DNA from: Chloroflexota bacterium
GTDB lineage: Bacteria > Chloroflexota > Anaerolineae > Anaerolineales > UBA11579
Length of the DNA: 64,000 nucleotides
Direction of reading: 5' to 3'
Assembly: GCA_009391835.1 (NCBI GenBank)
Contig: QWJF01000006.1
Coordinates: forward strand, 1,527-65,526
Below are positions 30,589 through 41,466 of this stretch, piece after piece. The notes under the pieces were generated by a model, which had not been told where the DNA came from, did not search any database, and was given only the letters and a program-made list of their open reading frames with translations. A program made the position numbers and the translations under genes. Each line of letters opens with the position of its first letter. The first letter of the stretch is position 1.

Positions 30589-31866
30589 TCAGACCTTAAC
30601 CTTCTTTATAGCCCAATCCAGCTGAGGGCGAACCAGGCCCTGGCGCGGCTCTGTCCATTGCATACCAGGGGCGCCCATCGCATCCACATTGAAAGCCAGG
30701 GCACGCTCATCGTAGAAAAAGCGGCGCACACGGAAGGCGCTGGCGTTCATGCCGAGCACATATTGGCCTTCATTGAGCCAGTTGGCCGGAATCTGAGCCT
30801 GACTGAGAAAACGCCCGGCGGCGCGGCTGCCAAACTTCTCGTAGGTCTTGGGGGCATCGGTATCGAAGGAAGTGAAAACAATTTCGCCACGGATGGTTTG
30901 CAAATAGACGCCCACGCGCAGGCCCTGAATGGGCTCGCTGAGTTCGTATTCAATCTCGATATCCAGCGGTTCTTTGGAGAGCACCGTATCGGCTACCTTG
31001 CCGCGCGGATCGCGCACGCGTAAAGCGATGGGCTTGAAAGGAGCCGCGTCGGCGGGGATTTCATCGGCAGACCAGGTGCGTTCGCCGCTCTGTGAGAAAC
31101 CGGAGGCCATGTAGTAGTCCACCGCTTCGCGAGTGGAGGCGGAATGCACGATCTGGCCGTGATCCAACACGATGGCCTGCTCTGTGAGGCGCAGGATGGC
31201 GGACATGTTGTGAGACACGAAGAGCACGGTGCGGCCCGCCTCGGCAACATCGCTCATCTTGCCCAGACACTTGCGCTGGAACTCCGCATCACCGACAGCG
31301 AGCACTTCGTCCACCACGAGGATCTCGGGTTCCAGATGGGCAGCCACGGAGAAGGCCAGGCGCAAATACATGCCGGATGAATAGCGCTTCACCGGCGTAT
31401 CGATGAACTGGCTAACGCCGGCAAACTCCACGATTTCGTCGAATTTGGTGGCAATCTCCTGGCGCCTCATGCCCAATACAGCACCGTTGAGGAAAATGTT
31501 CTCGCGGCCGCTCAGCTCGGGGTGGAAACCGGTGCCCACCTCAAGCAGCGAGCCTACTCGGCCGGTTACTTCGGCATAACCTTCGGTAGGCTCTGTAACG
31601 CGCGAGAGGATTTTGAGCAGCGTGCTCTTGCCGGCGCCGTTGCGGCCAATCACGCCAAGGACCTGGCCCTTGAGCAGGTCGAAGGATACGTCCCGCAACG
31701 CCCAAATGGTCTGGGCATTATCGGCGAGTTCACCGCGCAAAAGGCGCCCGGGCCATGATGCAGCGCGCGCAATTGAATCGCGCAAGGTGCGATAACGGGT
31801 TTCGGCCTGGCCGCCAATACGATACTGTTTGCCGAGGCCGGCGACGCGGATGGCGTAATCTGTCAT
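30589..31866 (-). CDS. wzt: Polysaccharide ABC transporter ATP-binding protein with C-terminal Wzt_C domain
   Basis: GRNGAGKSTLLK, YSSGMYLRLAF, LVVDEVLAVGDAEFQRKC, VSH and a ~170 aa C-terminal extension. Confidence 0.95.
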   Translation of the reverse strand: MTDYAIRVAGLGKQYRIGGQAETRYRTLRDSIARAASWPGRLLRGELADNAQTIWALRDVSFDLLKGQVLGVIGRNGAGKSTLLKILSRVTEPTEGYAEVTGRVGSLLEVGTGFHPELSGRENIFLNGAVLGMRRQEIATKFDEIVEFAGVSQFIDTPVKRYSSGMYLRLAFSVAAHLEPEILVVDEVLAVGDAEFQRKCLGKMSDVAEAGRTVLFVSHNMSAILRLTEQAIVLDHGQIVHSASTREAVDYYMASGFSQSGERTWSADEIPADAAPFKPIALRVRDPRGKVADTVLSKEPLDIEIEYELSEPIQGLRVGVYLQTIRGEIVFTSFDTDAPKTYEKFGSRAAGRFLSQAQIPANWLNEGQYVLGMNASAFRVRRFFYDERALAFNVDAMGAPGMQWTEPRQGLVRPQLDWAIKKVKV

Positions 31867-31869
31867 GGC

Positions 31870-32730
31870 TTAGACCGTATCCGCAAAGGTGCGTTCCATA
31901 CTGCGGAAGTAGAAGAGGCCGCTCACCAGCAGGACCACGGCGACAAGTACCGAAATCCAAATGACTTCGCCCGAATAAATTTCGGAACCCAAGAGGACGT
32001 TACGAAAACCTTCGATAACGCCGACCATCGGATTGAGGGCATACAACCAACCCCAACCTTCAGGCAGGCGATCAAAGACTTCTTTCGCCAGGTAAGCGAT
32101 CGGCGAGGCAAGCATCCAGAACTGGGTGAGGAAGGGGATCAGGTAGCGCACGTCGCGGTAATGCACGTTGAGGGCTGCCAGCCAGAGGCCCACGCCAAGG
32201 GCGGTGGTGAGGCCGAGGAGCAGGTAGAGAGGCAGCAGCCAGATCGCCGAAGTGGGGGCGATGCCGTAATAGATCATCATGCCAATCAGAATGACAAACG
32301 CGATAGCAAAATCAACCACACCGCTGAGAATGGAGGAAAGCGGCACGATCAGGCGTGGGAAATAAACCTTGGTGATCATGTTGCGGCTGGTGACCAGCGA
32401 ACGCCCGGCATCGCTGATGGCCGTGGAGAAGAGGTTCCAGGGCAGCAGCGCGGCGTAGGTAAAGATTGGGCGGGGTACGCCGCCGGTGGAAAGACCGGCG
32501 AGATCGCCGAATAGCACATTGAAGACCAACATTTGCAGTACGGGCTGGAGGATGGCCCAGCCGGCGCCAAGCAGCGTTTGCTTGTAGCGCACCTTGATAT
32601 CGCGCCAGGTGAGAAAATAAATCAGTTCACGAAAGAGCCACAGATCACGCAGATTCAACGAGGCGAGGCCCTTTTGAGGCTTGATCGTAAAGGTGTTCAT
32701 TTCAGCCGAAGCGGGTTGGGCAGCATTCAT
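31870..32730 (-). CDS. wzm: Polysaccharide ABC transporter permease
   Basis: [41 protein letters not shown] overlaps the fcl stop. Confidence 0.95.
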   Translation of the reverse strand: MNAAQPASAEMNTFTIKPQKGLASLNLRDLWLFRELIYFLTWRDIKVRYKQTLLGAGWAILQPVLQMLVFNVLFGDLAGLSTGGVPRPIFTYAALLPWNLFSTAISDAGRSLVTSRNMITKVYFPRLIVPLSSILSGVVDFAIAFVILIGMMIYYGIAPTSAIWLLPLYLLLGLTTALGVGLWLAALNVHYRDVRYLIPFLTQFWMLASPIAYLAKEVFDRLPEGWGWLYALNPMVGVIEGFRNVLLGSEIYSGEVIWISVLVAVVLLVSGLFYFRSMERTFADTV

Positions 32731-33686
32731 ACTGGGATGCGCTCGCGATGCTCGCGGTACCAATCAATGGTGTTGCGCAGACCGGTTTCGAAATCGGTGC
32801 CGGCTTTGAAGCCGAAATACTCTTCAGCGCGGCTGACGTCCAAACGACGGCGGGGCTGGCCATTTGGTTTGCTCGTGTCCCAAACGAATTCTCCCTTGAA
32901 ACCAGTGAGACGGCCAATCAGCTCGGAGAGGTCCTTGATGCTGATCTCTATGCCCGAACCGAGATTCACCGGCTCAGCGCCGTCATAATTTTCAGCAGCC
33001 AGCAGAAGGCCCCTGGCGCAGTCTTCCACGTAGAGGAACTCACGGGTGGGTGAGCCATCGCCCCAGAGCTCAACCCGCTCCTCGCCGCGATCCTGAGCTT
33101 CAATGCATTTGCGCACCAGAGCGGGGACAACATGCGAGGTAGCCAAATCAAAATTATCGCGCGGGCCATAGAGGTTCACCGGCAACAAGTAGATGGCATT
33201 GAAGCCATACTGCTTGCGGTAGGCTTGGGCTTGGACGAGAAGCATCTTCTTGGCGAGGCCGTAGGGCGCGTTGGTTTCTTCCGGGTAGCCCTCCCAAAGT
33301 TCCTCCTCGTGAAACGGGATGTCGGCAAACTTGGGATAGGCGCAGATGGTGCCGAGAGCGACAAACTTCTCCACACCGCGCTCATAGGCCTGGTGCATGA
33401 GCGGCACACCCATCATCAGGTTGTAGTAGAAAAAATCCGCGGGGCGATCCTGGTTGGCGCCGATGCCGCCTGCCAGGGCGGCAATGTGCAGGAGGATATC
33501 GGGGCGGCCATCGTCCAGCATGCGGGTGATCTGGTCGGGCTGCACCAAGTCATAGTCGGCGCTGCGGGGCACAAAAATATCCTTGACGCCTTTTTTCTGG
33601 AGCTGCTCAACGACAAAAGAGCCGAGAAATCCGCTGCCGCCGGTCACGGTAACGCGCTTATCCTGCCAAAAGTTTTTCGCTATCAT
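32727..33686 (-). CDS. fcl: GDP-L-fucose synthase family
   Basis: [64 protein letters not shown]. Confidence 0.93.
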   Translation of the reverse strand: MIAKNFWQDKRVTVTGGSGFLGSFVVEQLQKKGVKDIFVPRSADYDLVQPDQITRMLDDGRPDILLHIAALAGGIGANQDRPADFFYYNLMMGVPLMHQAYERGVEKFVALGTICAYPKFADIPFHEEELWEGYPEETNAPYGLAKKMLLVQAQAYRKQYGFNAIYLLPVNLYGPRDNFDLATSHVVPALVRKCIEAQDRGEERVELWGDGSPTREFLYVEDCARGLLLAAENYDGAEPVNLGSGIEISIKDLSELIGRLTGFKGEFVWDTSKPNGQPRRRLDVSRAEEYFGFKAGTDFETGLRNTIDWYREHRERIPV

Positions 33687-33697
33687 AGTTGCCTGCC

Positions 33698-34708
33698 TTA
33701 CTGCACAATGAACTGTGCATTGCGGTAGCGCTCGTTTTGTGGATCGTGGATCAGGCCAGTCTGGAGGGCGTCAAGCACTTCGCGCACGCCATCATCCACG
33801 TCGAATTGGGTTTGGAAGCCGAGACCTTTGCGCACCTTTTCAAAGGAGGCGGTGATATCACGCATATCGCCGCCAAAAGTGAGATTCTTGTATTGCACAC
33901 TAGTTTCGGGGAGGCGCTTAAGCACCAGAGCAACGATATCGTCTTTGCTGTAATTGCCCTGCTCAGCGCCTAAATTGTAGATTTCACCGCGAATCTTCTT
34001 CTCGGAAGCACCCAAGGCAAGCAGCATACCGGCAACTACGTCGCGCACGTGCACGAAAGAGCGTGAATAGCCGCGCTGGTAAATCAAGAGCTTGCGCTGG
34101 GTGTAGGCCTCAAGCACAAATTGGTTAACGATCAAGTCGAACCGGGTGCGCGGTGAAATGCCGTAGAGCGTGGCCAGGCGAAAAATCATAGGCGCGCAGA
34201 TAGCGGCTTTTTGCGAGAGGAGGAATTCCTCAGCGGCAATTTTGGTTTCGGCATACAGGGATTGGGGTTTGAGCGGAGAGTCTTCGGTGACGGGTTCACC
34301 CCCATCCGATGCGCCATAGTTACTGTAGGTGGAGGAAAAAATGAAGCGGCCGGCGCCCAACTCCTCCGCCTGCTCAAAAACGCGCTGGGTGGTTTCAACG
34401 TTGTATCGCCAGGCGACTTCGCGCCCAACAGCCTGGCAGGCGGGAAAGCCTACGATTGCCGCCAAATGAACGATAGAGTCCGGTGGGGATTCGTCGCCCT
34501 TGACGGCTTCACGCAAGGCGCGCGGCTCCCAGACATCCGACTTGACGAAGTGGAAATTCGGGTTGGGGAGATAGGCCATGAGTGAATCACCACCGAAGAG
34601 CAATTTATCCAGCACCGTGACGCGATGGCCGGCGCGCAGTAATTCGCCGGTGAGCAGCGAGCCGATGTAACCGGCGCCGCCGGTGATCAGGACGTGCTGG
34701 GGCTTCAC
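33698..34708 (-). CDS. NAD-dependent epimerase/dehydratase (extended SDR)
   Basis: [32 protein letters not shown] start overlaps the MarR stop. Confidence 0.9.
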   Translation of the reverse strand: MKPQHVLITGGAGYIGSLLTGELLRAGHRVTVLDKLLFGGDSLMAYLPNPNFHFVKSDVWEPRALREAVKGDESPPDSIVHLAAIVGFPACQAVGREVAWRYNVETTQRVFEQAEELGAGRFIFSSTYSNYGASDGGEPVTEDSPLKPQSLYAETKIAAEEFLLSQKAAICAPMIFRLATLYGISPRTRFDLIVNQFVLEAYTQRKLLIYQRGYSRSFVHVRDVVAGMLLALGASEKKIRGEIYNLGAEQGNYSKDDIVALVLKRLPETSVQYKNLTFGGDMRDITASFEKVRKGLGFQTQFDVDDGVREVLDALQTGLIHDPQNERYRNAQFIVQ

Positions 34709-35202
34709 GAATGCCCGTCCATAATGAGCTGAACCTTGGGGCCGCGCACGCGAAGAGTGGGCGCGGAGGAATCGCCGTTTAGGATGGTGAGGCCCTTTTC
34801 CATGCATGTCAGACGGCAAATATCGGTGATGTCGTCGGGGCTCTCGGTTTCGGTTTCTATGCGCACGCCCTCATAACCCGCGGCGCGCACATCATCCAGC
34901 ATTTCCGCTACCTGCATGCGAGTTTTGCGATAGAGGCGCATGGAGCGGTCCACATATTCGACGGTCAGGCGGGCGCGCAGCGCGATGCCTTGGGGTGTGA
35001 TCAGGTAGCGCAGTTTGCGGCGCTGGGCGCGCTTGACCTTCACGTAGCCCTTCTCAATCAGTCGCTTGATATGCCAGTTCACCGTACCCACCGCGACTCC
35101 CAAGTTGGAAGCCAGGGATGCCTGAGTCACGTCTGGATCGTTTTCGATGTGTTCGAGGAGGAGCCGGTCGCGAGCCGATTCAGTAGTTTGCTCGATTGCC
35201 AT
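34705..35202 (-). CDS. MarR-type winged-helix transcriptional regulator (EPS-associated)
   Basis: VTQASLASNLGVAVGTVNWHIKRLIEKGYVK...YLITPQG. Confidence 0.9.
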   Translation of the reverse strand: MAIEQTTESARDRLLLEHIENDPDVTQASLASNLGVAVGTVNWHIKRLIEKGYVKVKRAQRRKLRYLITPQGIALRARLTVEYVDRSMRLYRKTRMQVAEMLDDVRAAGYEGVRIETETESPDDITDICRLTCMEKGLTILNGDSSAPTLRVRGPKVQLIMDGHS

Positions 35203-35220
35203 TCACAGGTCGCTTTCTAA

Positions 35221-35262
35221 AATTCAAGTGTTGAATTATAACCCGTGAAATAAAAAGGTCAA
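35221..35262 (-). promoter_or_regulatory. Sigma70-type promoter with overlapping palindromic operator upstream of the MarR gene
   Basis: Minus-strand TTGACC (35257-35262), 16-bp spacer, TATAAT (35235-35240). Inverted repeat AATTCAA-gtg-TTGAATT at 35221-35237. Confidence 0.7.
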
Positions 35263-36782
35263 GACCCCACCCAATCCCAAATAGCATATAACGCGGCGGT
35301 GGCAAGCCCCAAGCCAATCACGTGGTGAAGTTCAACAATGGGCCAATCGAGCGTTCCATAACGGCGCAAATACCAGGGGGCAAACCAGGCAACCATTGCC
35401 AGCACCCCGCCAATCGCTCGCCGCAACCAAGGGTCGCGGCTTTCACGCTGCTGCACTATAGCCCAGGCAGCGAGCATGAGCTGAATACCCGCAAAGGCCG
35501 TGCGATAGCGGGGGCTATCCCAGAGGTCACCGCCACCGCGGTAGGAGGCCAACAGCACCACAACCCAGTTGGACAGCAGCAGGACACCGGGGAGCTTGAA
35601 CCATTGCCTGAATCGGGTGGCAAGATAGCTGGAATAGAAGAGCAGGGCCAGTACGACTGTCCAGCCAAGGGCACGCCAGACCGCGACCACGCGCCAGAGT
35701 GGCAGGCCATCCGCAAAAATGGCGGCGGGCAACAAGGGGCGAAAGACACCGTAAATGAGCAGGAAGGGGATCTGTCCCCAAAGCGGCATGCGTTCGAACT
35801 GGCGGGCCACCCAGCCGGACGCGTTGGCGCTGATATAAGCCTGCCAACGGGCGGACTGCACAATCCAGAGGTCGCCGCGCAGGAGCACAAAAGCCAGGGC
35901 AACAACTGCCAACAATATAAGCACGATCCACACGCTGCTTCGGCGAGAGACCTGCCAATTGCCCAGCGCGAGGGCCACAAAGGCGAGCAAGCCGAGCAAG
36001 GAGAGCGCGAAGGGCAGGGAAAGGGGCAGCGCCAAAAGCAGGGGAACGATCACAAAGGCAAGGCCGCCTCGCGAGCGTGAAGCGTGCAGACGATGCAGAC
36101 CGTAGAGGGCGGCGACTGTAAGCGTAATCGAGAAGGCCTCGCGCATCTGCGAACTGCCCAGCAGCATCGCTTCGGGATACAAGGCCAGACCCCAGGCCGC
36201 CAGCCGAGCGGCAGGCTCGCCCCAGGCACGGCGTGCAAAAGCCCAGGCAAAGAGCAATGCGCTTGCCGAGACGACCGCGGCGATAGCTAGCAAAAGTAAG
36301 GGTTGGTGAAGCGGCCCTCCCAAGAAGCGATACACAAACGCACTGAGAAAGAGCAGGCCGCCGTATTGATCGCTGGCGCTAAAGCCGCGGAAGGCATCAA
36401 AAAGCGGCAGATCGGATTGGGCCAACTCCCAAGCGGCAGTATCACGGTTGAAGGCATCCTCCATAACATAACCGGCTTGCTGAACCGGCGTGTCGTAGCC
36501 CAACGCGGGAAGACCGACCAGCCAGACAACGCCAAGAGTGAGGCGCAGCAGGGCGGCGGCGATGAGGAGGACTAGCAGCCAGCGAGGCGGCGAATCGGCA
36601 CGGATGGCGCGCCAAGTCAGCGCCAGGATAACGGCGCAAACCACAAGGACAAGGAAGAAGGAACCCCAGCCCGTTAGAGACGAGAAACCCATGGAAATCC
36701 AGGCAAGCGGCAGCGCCAATCCCGCAAGAGGCAACGCGAGCCGTGCCGAAAAACGAAGCGTGTTTTGATTAAGGGAAAGCAT
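35259..36782 (-). CDS. Polytopic membrane protein, GT-C/Wzy-like
   Basis: Many TM segments, extracytoplasmic MEDAFNRD acidic motif, SSQMRE, WDSPRYR. Confidence 0.6.
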   Translation of the reverse strand: MLSLNQNTLRFSARLALPLAGLALPLAWISMGFSSLTGWGSFFLVLVVCAVILALTWRAIRADSPPRWLLVLLIAAALLRLTLGVVWLVGLPALGYDTPVQQAGYVMEDAFNRDTAAWELAQSDLPLFDAFRGFSASDQYGGLLFLSAFVYRFLGGPLHQPLLLLAIAAVVSASALLFAWAFARRAWGEPAARLAAWGLALYPEAMLLGSSQMREAFSITLTVAALYGLHRLHASRSRGGLAFVIVPLLLALPLSLPFALSLLGLLAFVALALGNWQVSRRSSVWIVLILLAVVALAFVLLRGDLWIVQSARWQAYISANASGWVARQFERMPLWGQIPFLLIYGVFRPLLPAAIFADGLPLWRVVAVWRALGWTVVLALLFYSSYLATRFRQWFKLPGVLLLSNWVVVLLASYRGGGDLWDSPRYRTAFAGIQLMLAAWAIVQQRESRDPWLRRAIGGVLAMVAWFAPWYLRRYGTLDWPIVELHHVIGLGLATAALYAIWDWVGS

Positions 36783-36795
36783 CAGGAGCCCGCGA

Positions 36796-36801
36796 ATTAT
36801 A
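36796..36801 (-). promoter_or_regulatory. Candidate -10 element
   Basis: GCTATAAT on the minus strand, 13 nt before ATG 36782, in a 39-bp gap. Confidence 0.5.
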
Positions 36802-36821
36802 GCCTGAGCGAGGATGCGCGC

Positions 36822-39380
36822 CTATTCGCAGGCAGTGGCCGGATCGCCGGCATAGAGCCAGCGTGGATCACCATTGGACACTAGTTCGAGCAAACCAGCA
36901 GCGCGCCCGACACCGCCGCGACAGGCAAAGACAATGACATCCACGCCCGATTTTGGCCTCGATTTATAAACAAAAACAGGGTCACTCGGCAGCCAGAATG
37001 GGGTTGGCAAAGAAACGCTTAAAGGTTCAGGCCCAACTAAGTAAAAGGTGAGCCGACTGAACGGTTGAACGGCTGTGAGTGCAAAATCCGAGTCGGGCTC
37101 CCCTTCATTGGCGTCGTATTCGCGGGGGTAAAGAGCGCGACCCACATAAGGCGTCACCTGGTTGGTTTCCAGGAGATGGACCAGCGCCGCACTCTGTTGA
37201 TTATGAAAAGCTGCATCTAAAATCAAAGCTGCTTCTTCGCGGGTCATGGGCTGAAAGCGAGGCGGGATTAAACGCTCCACAGCAATTGGGGTGCATCCAA
37301 GGGCAATGATCAGGATTGGGGCCAATGCAGGCGCGACCCAGCTTGGGAGTCGGGAGGGTTTTCGGGGCTTTGGTTCGGGACTGGAGGGCGTCATCCAAGC
37401 TGTTTTGCCAATCAGGGCAAGGACCCAAATTAGCAATTGCGCCAGCCCGAGCGCATAATAAAGCATCAAAGTCCAATCGACGGGCTGGTTGTAGCGCCAT
37501 CCAGAGACACGCGCCAAAGCCAAATTGAGGCTGAATCCAAGATTAAGCGCCAGCGGCACCAAGCCGGCCCAACGCAAATGTCGCCAGGCCAGCGCGATAC
37601 CCAACGCAATGAGGGCAAGATTGAATGTAAGTGGCAGCAGGGTCTCTGATAGCAGTGCGCCGTCCCAGGAGGGCCAATAGGGCAGCTCACGCACATGGGC
37701 TTCCAGTCCGCGCAGCTCAAAGGAGAGCGGCAGCGGCATCACGGTGAGATAAAGATTACGCAGGTAGTTATCGGCCACAAAACCCGCCACCTTGCCAGGC
37801 TGCTCTGCGATGAAGCCTTTAACTTGCGCCATATGGCGGGCATAGTATTCGCCTTCCGTCTCGCCGGGCAGAAAGTCGGTTTGGATGGAAGCCGGGTCAT
37901 CGCTGTATCGCTGCGCCAAGTAGCTGGCTGCCGTGGATTGCTCAATGATCCATTCGCTAGTGAGCGCGTGGTTTCGCAGCAACCAGGGGCCAACCGCAAG
38001 CATGATACCAACCACAAAAAGGGCCAGCGAAAACCAAACCGAACGCCAGGGCATCTGTTTTGAGCGCAGCGCAGGAATGGCAAGCAGAGCCAGGGCCGGG
38101 ATCAAGGTCAGGTTTTGCGAGCGGAGCAGAAGCAGCAAGCCCAAAACGCCGCCGGTCCACAGGGCAAGCCGGCGCTGCTCGGGATAGGTCAGCCAATGAA
38201 CCGCGAGTAGCCCAAGACCGGCAAGACCGAGCGCCGCCGGCAAATCGGCCATCAGCAACTGGGCATGAGATACATTGATAATCCCGCTAAGATGGACCCC
38301 ATTGGCTTCACGGATTAACACAAACCCGGCCATTAACAGCCCGGCGAGGTGGCTATGCAAGCGGCGACCCAGAAAATAGAGAATAAAGGGAAAGAAGATT
38401 AAGATGCGCATCTGATCGTTCAGTAAATCACGGTAATCGCCCTCAGTAATTTTGTGCAAGCCGGCCAATACCAGTGCATAGAGCGGTTTTCGTACGGCTT
38501 GCAGATCATTGAAACGAAAACCTTCGCCTATTAGAACGTTGTTAGCGATCACATCATGATTGAAGGCATCTGAAAGGGGATAACCTTCGAAACTGGGGGG
38601 AACAGGAGGGCTGCTGTAGTAGCTAGGGGCGGCAACTGGAAACAACCAAAAAAGGGGAAACATCAAAAGAAAAATAATGCCTAAGTATTTGTTCCAAAAG
38701 CCAGGCCATTGTTTTGCCAAGGCTAGAACGACAAGAGACACAAAACCAACCAGGAATATCTGACTAGAAAGCAGTGGGGCTCCGGGCGCGTTCCATTCGG
38801 TGAGGTCAAAGCCCAGACCGAGGCCGGTGAGCTTGATCACCAGCCAAATCAGGAGAAAACCCGCAAAGAGAAGCGCTGCTAGCCGCAAGGCAGGGCGTTC
38901 ATTATTAAAAACCTCTGTGCGAAGGCCAAAGCGGTGGGCCAGAATCAATGCTAAGGCCACCGCTGCACCCACGATCAGTTGGCCTAATAAAGGCGCCAAG
39001 CGCGGCAAATAAAGCGCCATTGGCCCAAGCAACGCCGCGGCGCGATCCGGGGGCAGGAAGTAGAAGCTCCAGGCCGCCGTGAGGGTTAAGAGGCTGATCC
39101 CAACTGCTACAGCAAAGGTGATGCCGTTCGCCAGCCGTTCCTCCAATTGCTGGCTGACTCCCTCTACCCATTCTGGATCTCGCCGGGCTTTCAAAGTGAA
39201 TATTGTGGCCACTACCGCGAGCAGGAAGTGTAGTCCCACCAATAGTAGGCGTTGGGCCGAGTAACTGAACAAGACCACGCTGCCGACTTCTGAGGGAACC
39301 GACCCTGCCACGAGAAGGGCTAGCCACGCAGTCAATGCGACAATAAGCGCCGCAGGTCGGAGGAGCGTCTTAGCAGTCAA
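36822..39380 (-). CDS. Large polytopic membrane protein, GT-C (ArnT/PMT)-like
   Basis: 852 aa with many TMs, YPLSDAFNHD..RKPLY first-loop motif, PWLLRN, SGWRY. Confidence 0.65.
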   Translation of the reverse strand: MTAKTLLRPAALIVALTAWLALLVAGSVPSEVGSVVLFSYSAQRLLLVGLHFLLAVVATIFTLKARRDPEWVEGVSQQLEERLANGITFAVAVGISLLTLTAAWSFYFLPPDRAAALLGPMALYLPRLAPLLGQLIVGAAVALALILAHRFGLRTEVFNNERPALRLAALLFAGFLLIWLVIKLTGLGLGFDLTEWNAPGAPLLSSQIFLVGFVSLVVLALAKQWPGFWNKYLGIIFLLMFPLFWLFPVAAPSYYSSPPVPPSFEGYPLSDAFNHDVIANNVLIGEGFRFNDLQAVRKPLYALVLAGLHKITEGDYRDLLNDQMRILIFFPFILYFLGRRLHSHLAGLLMAGFVLIREANGVHLSGIINVSHAQLLMADLPAALGLAGLGLLAVHWLTYPEQRRLALWTGGVLGLLLLLRSQNLTLIPALALLAIPALRSKQMPWRSVWFSLALFVVGIMLAVGPWLLRNHALTSEWIIEQSTAASYLAQRYSDDPASIQTDFLPGETEGEYYARHMAQVKGFIAEQPGKVAGFVADNYLRNLYLTVMPLPLSFELRGLEAHVRELPYWPSWDGALLSETLLPLTFNLALIALGIALAWRHLRWAGLVPLALNLGFSLNLALARVSGWRYNQPVDWTLMLYYALGLAQLLIWVLALIGKTAWMTPSSPEPKPRKPSRLPSWVAPALAPILIIALGCTPIAVERLIPPRFQPMTREEAALILDAAFHNQQSAALVHLLETNQVTPYVGRALYPREYDANEGEPDSDFALTAVQPFSRLTFYLVGPEPLSVSLPTPFWLPSDPVFVYKSRPKSGVDVIVFACRGGVGRAAGLLELVSNGDPRWLYAGDPATACE

Positions 39381-41466
39381 AATCGCGATCTATGGGGACA
39401 AACAACTGGATGGCGGCTTCCCGCCGATTGGCGACCGATTCATAATAGTCCAGCAAAGGAACCGTCACCCACCGCACCCAAGCGTTGTTTTCCTCGATGA
39501 GGCTATCGCCAAGCTGGTCGGCATCGGAATACTTGTAACGCAGGGCCTGGCGCTCTGTCAGGATCATGGCAAATCGTCCGGCTTCAAGGTCGGTGCGAAA
39601 TTGATCGAAGTAAGCCTCATTGTCCGAGAGGGCTTGGTTCATGACATACTTTTTCTCATACTCCACCACCAGGGGCAGATCGCCAAGCTCGCCGAAGGTG
39701 AGCAATTGGCGCTGGTCCATCAACAGCACGTCTCCATGTTGGGCGGCACAGGCGACGCGCTCCTGGAGACGCTCCAGCTCCCATTGCGTTTGGGCGGGAT
39801 CCAGCCTTTCTGGGGGGCGTCCGGCCACAATTGGCCAAAAGGCGGGGATCAGAACCATGACAGCCAGCAAGCCCCGCACGTAGGGGGAAGCGGCCAGCCA
39901 TTCAAGCAGCCTGCCATGCAAGCCTGCCTCCCATGCCAGTCCGGCCACCAAAATCAAGGCTAGCAGGAACATGTCTAGATTGTGGAGGTCGGCCCCGCCG
40001 CCAATCTTGGCTGAGGCAATAATGCCCACAACCAGGAAAGCGAGCAAACCGCCCACGGTAAACACACGTTGCCAAAGGGTGGTTTTCCAGACGCCTTTGT
40101 GGATGGCATAAATAAGTAAAAGGATGAGCGGTAAAGTGGCGAGGAGCAATCCGAAGAGGATTCCGGGCGCGTAGACCTCGTTGGGCAGCAGGCGATACCA
40201 GAGCAAATCCTGGCGGGTGGTGGCCTGGGTGAGGCCTTCCAGCGTTTCAATTGAGGCGCGTAGCGTGGGCGTGGGTAGCGGGCCGCTCGCTACTGGGAAC
40301 GCTGTAGCGCGCGGTGCAGATGTGGCCGCGGGTGCTGAAGCCAGCAAGCCGGACGCCACGCCGATCAAAATGGGCAAGCCCTTGGACCAGATGCCGGCGA
40401 GGCCCAGCGCGATAGCGCGCAGCCAATCGCGCGTACGCAACTCAGCATGCAACAGCACAGCATCACCCAATGCCAGCATCACAGCCCACATGCCAGGGGC
40501 AAAGCGCCAACTAAAGCGACTGACACCCGCATAATGGCCGGCCAGGAAGACCAGCGGCAGCGCAACCCAAAGCGGTCTGCGCCGCGCGCCAGCCACCAAG
40601 ATAGCACTCAGGACTAGCGGCGTATAAATCGGCCCCTGGCTCAGAAAAATCAGCGCCCATAGGCCGGTTAGAGCCCACAGGCTGCGGCTCTCCTTGAGAG
40701 GGCGAAAGGCAATCCAACCCAGCAGTGCGTAAGGCAGGGTTACCAGGATCGCGCCCCACAAACGAACAATCTGGATCGAGACATCCGGGATCAGGAAGGG
40801 CAGGCCCCATAAGGCCTGACGGCCACGATCAATGAAGGCGAAGATCTCCTTGCCCGCCGGGTAGTTGTAACGGCCCGAGTCGAAAAGCACAGAATAATCC
40901 CAGATGCGGTTGCCCTCCGACCAATGCTGTGAGAAGGGATAAGCACTGACCAGCGAGAAGGATTCGGTCAGGGTAAGCAGGACGCCGATGAAGAGGCCGG
41001 CCAAGAGCAAGGCAGGCAAGCTAAGTAGTTTGTCCGGGTCTCTTTCTATAAAGAGTGAGGCGCCGAGTAGGGCCAGGGCGAAGATGAGGAAGCGGGTGGG
41101 CAAGCTTACAAAGAGAGCGCCCCAGGGCGAAAAAAAGACGAACCAGGCGGGCAGGGCAGCGATGAGGAGGGTCGGAATCCAACGAGCGCGGCCGAGACGA
41201 GCGCGTAAATTCTGGATTCGCTGGCGAAGCGGGGACAGACGGTTGGGTTGATAAAGGGCAAGCACAGCCAGCCCAAAGAGTGCAAGCGCCAGGAGTAAGT
41301 ATACGGAAAGGGCCATAGCCCATTTGGCCGAAAAGCTGCCAACCAGGCGGCCCGAGCCATAGCCCAGTGTATAAAACTCAATGCCAACCAAAACAAGCAC
41401 CAGGTTTCCAACAACCAATGCAGCAGGTCGAGCAAAGCGAGATTTTGCATCTCGGGCGGTGCTCAC
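39370..41466 (-). CDS. Polytopic membrane protein, probable GT-C
   Basis: 698 aa with many TMs, WSEGNR, GGGADLHNLD and a soluble C-terminal domain. Confidence 0.55.
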   Translation of the reverse strand: MSTARDAKSRFARPAALVVGNLVLVLVGIEFYTLGYGSGRLVGSFSAKWAMALSVYLLLALALFGLAVLALYQPNRLSPLRQRIQNLRARLGRARWIPTLLIAALPAWFVFFSPWGALFVSLPTRFLIFALALLGASLFIERDPDKLLSLPALLLAGLFIGVLLTLTESFSLVSAYPFSQHWSEGNRIWDYSVLFDSGRYNYPAGKEIFAFIDRGRQALWGLPFLIPDVSIQIVRLWGAILVTLPYALLGWIAFRPLKESRSLWALTGLWALIFLSQGPIYTPLVLSAILVAGARRRPLWVALPLVFLAGHYAGVSRFSWRFAPGMWAVMLALGDAVLLHAELRTRDWLRAIALGLAGIWSKGLPILIGVASGLLASAPAATSAPRATAFPVASGPLPTPTLRASIETLEGLTQATTRQDLLWYRLLPNEVYAPGILFGLLLATLPLILLLIYAIHKGVWKTTLWQRVFTVGGLLAFLVVGIIASAKIGGGADLHNLDMFLLALILVAGLAWEAGLHGRLLEWLAASPYVRGLLAVMVLIPAFWPIVAGRPPERLDPAQTQWELERLQERVACAAQHGDVLLMDQRQLLTFGELGDLPLVVEYEKKYVMNQALSDNEAYFDQFRTDLEAGRFAMILTERQALRYKYSDADQLGDSLIEENNAWVRWVTVPLLDYYESVANRREAAIQLFVPIDRDFDC

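Noticed and set aside
38280-38770. AT-rich patch within the 852-aa membrane protein as a possible insertion
   Set aside because: The frame is uninterrupted and the patch encodes Phe/Ile/Leu-rich TM helices. Mosaicism cannot be supported by eye.
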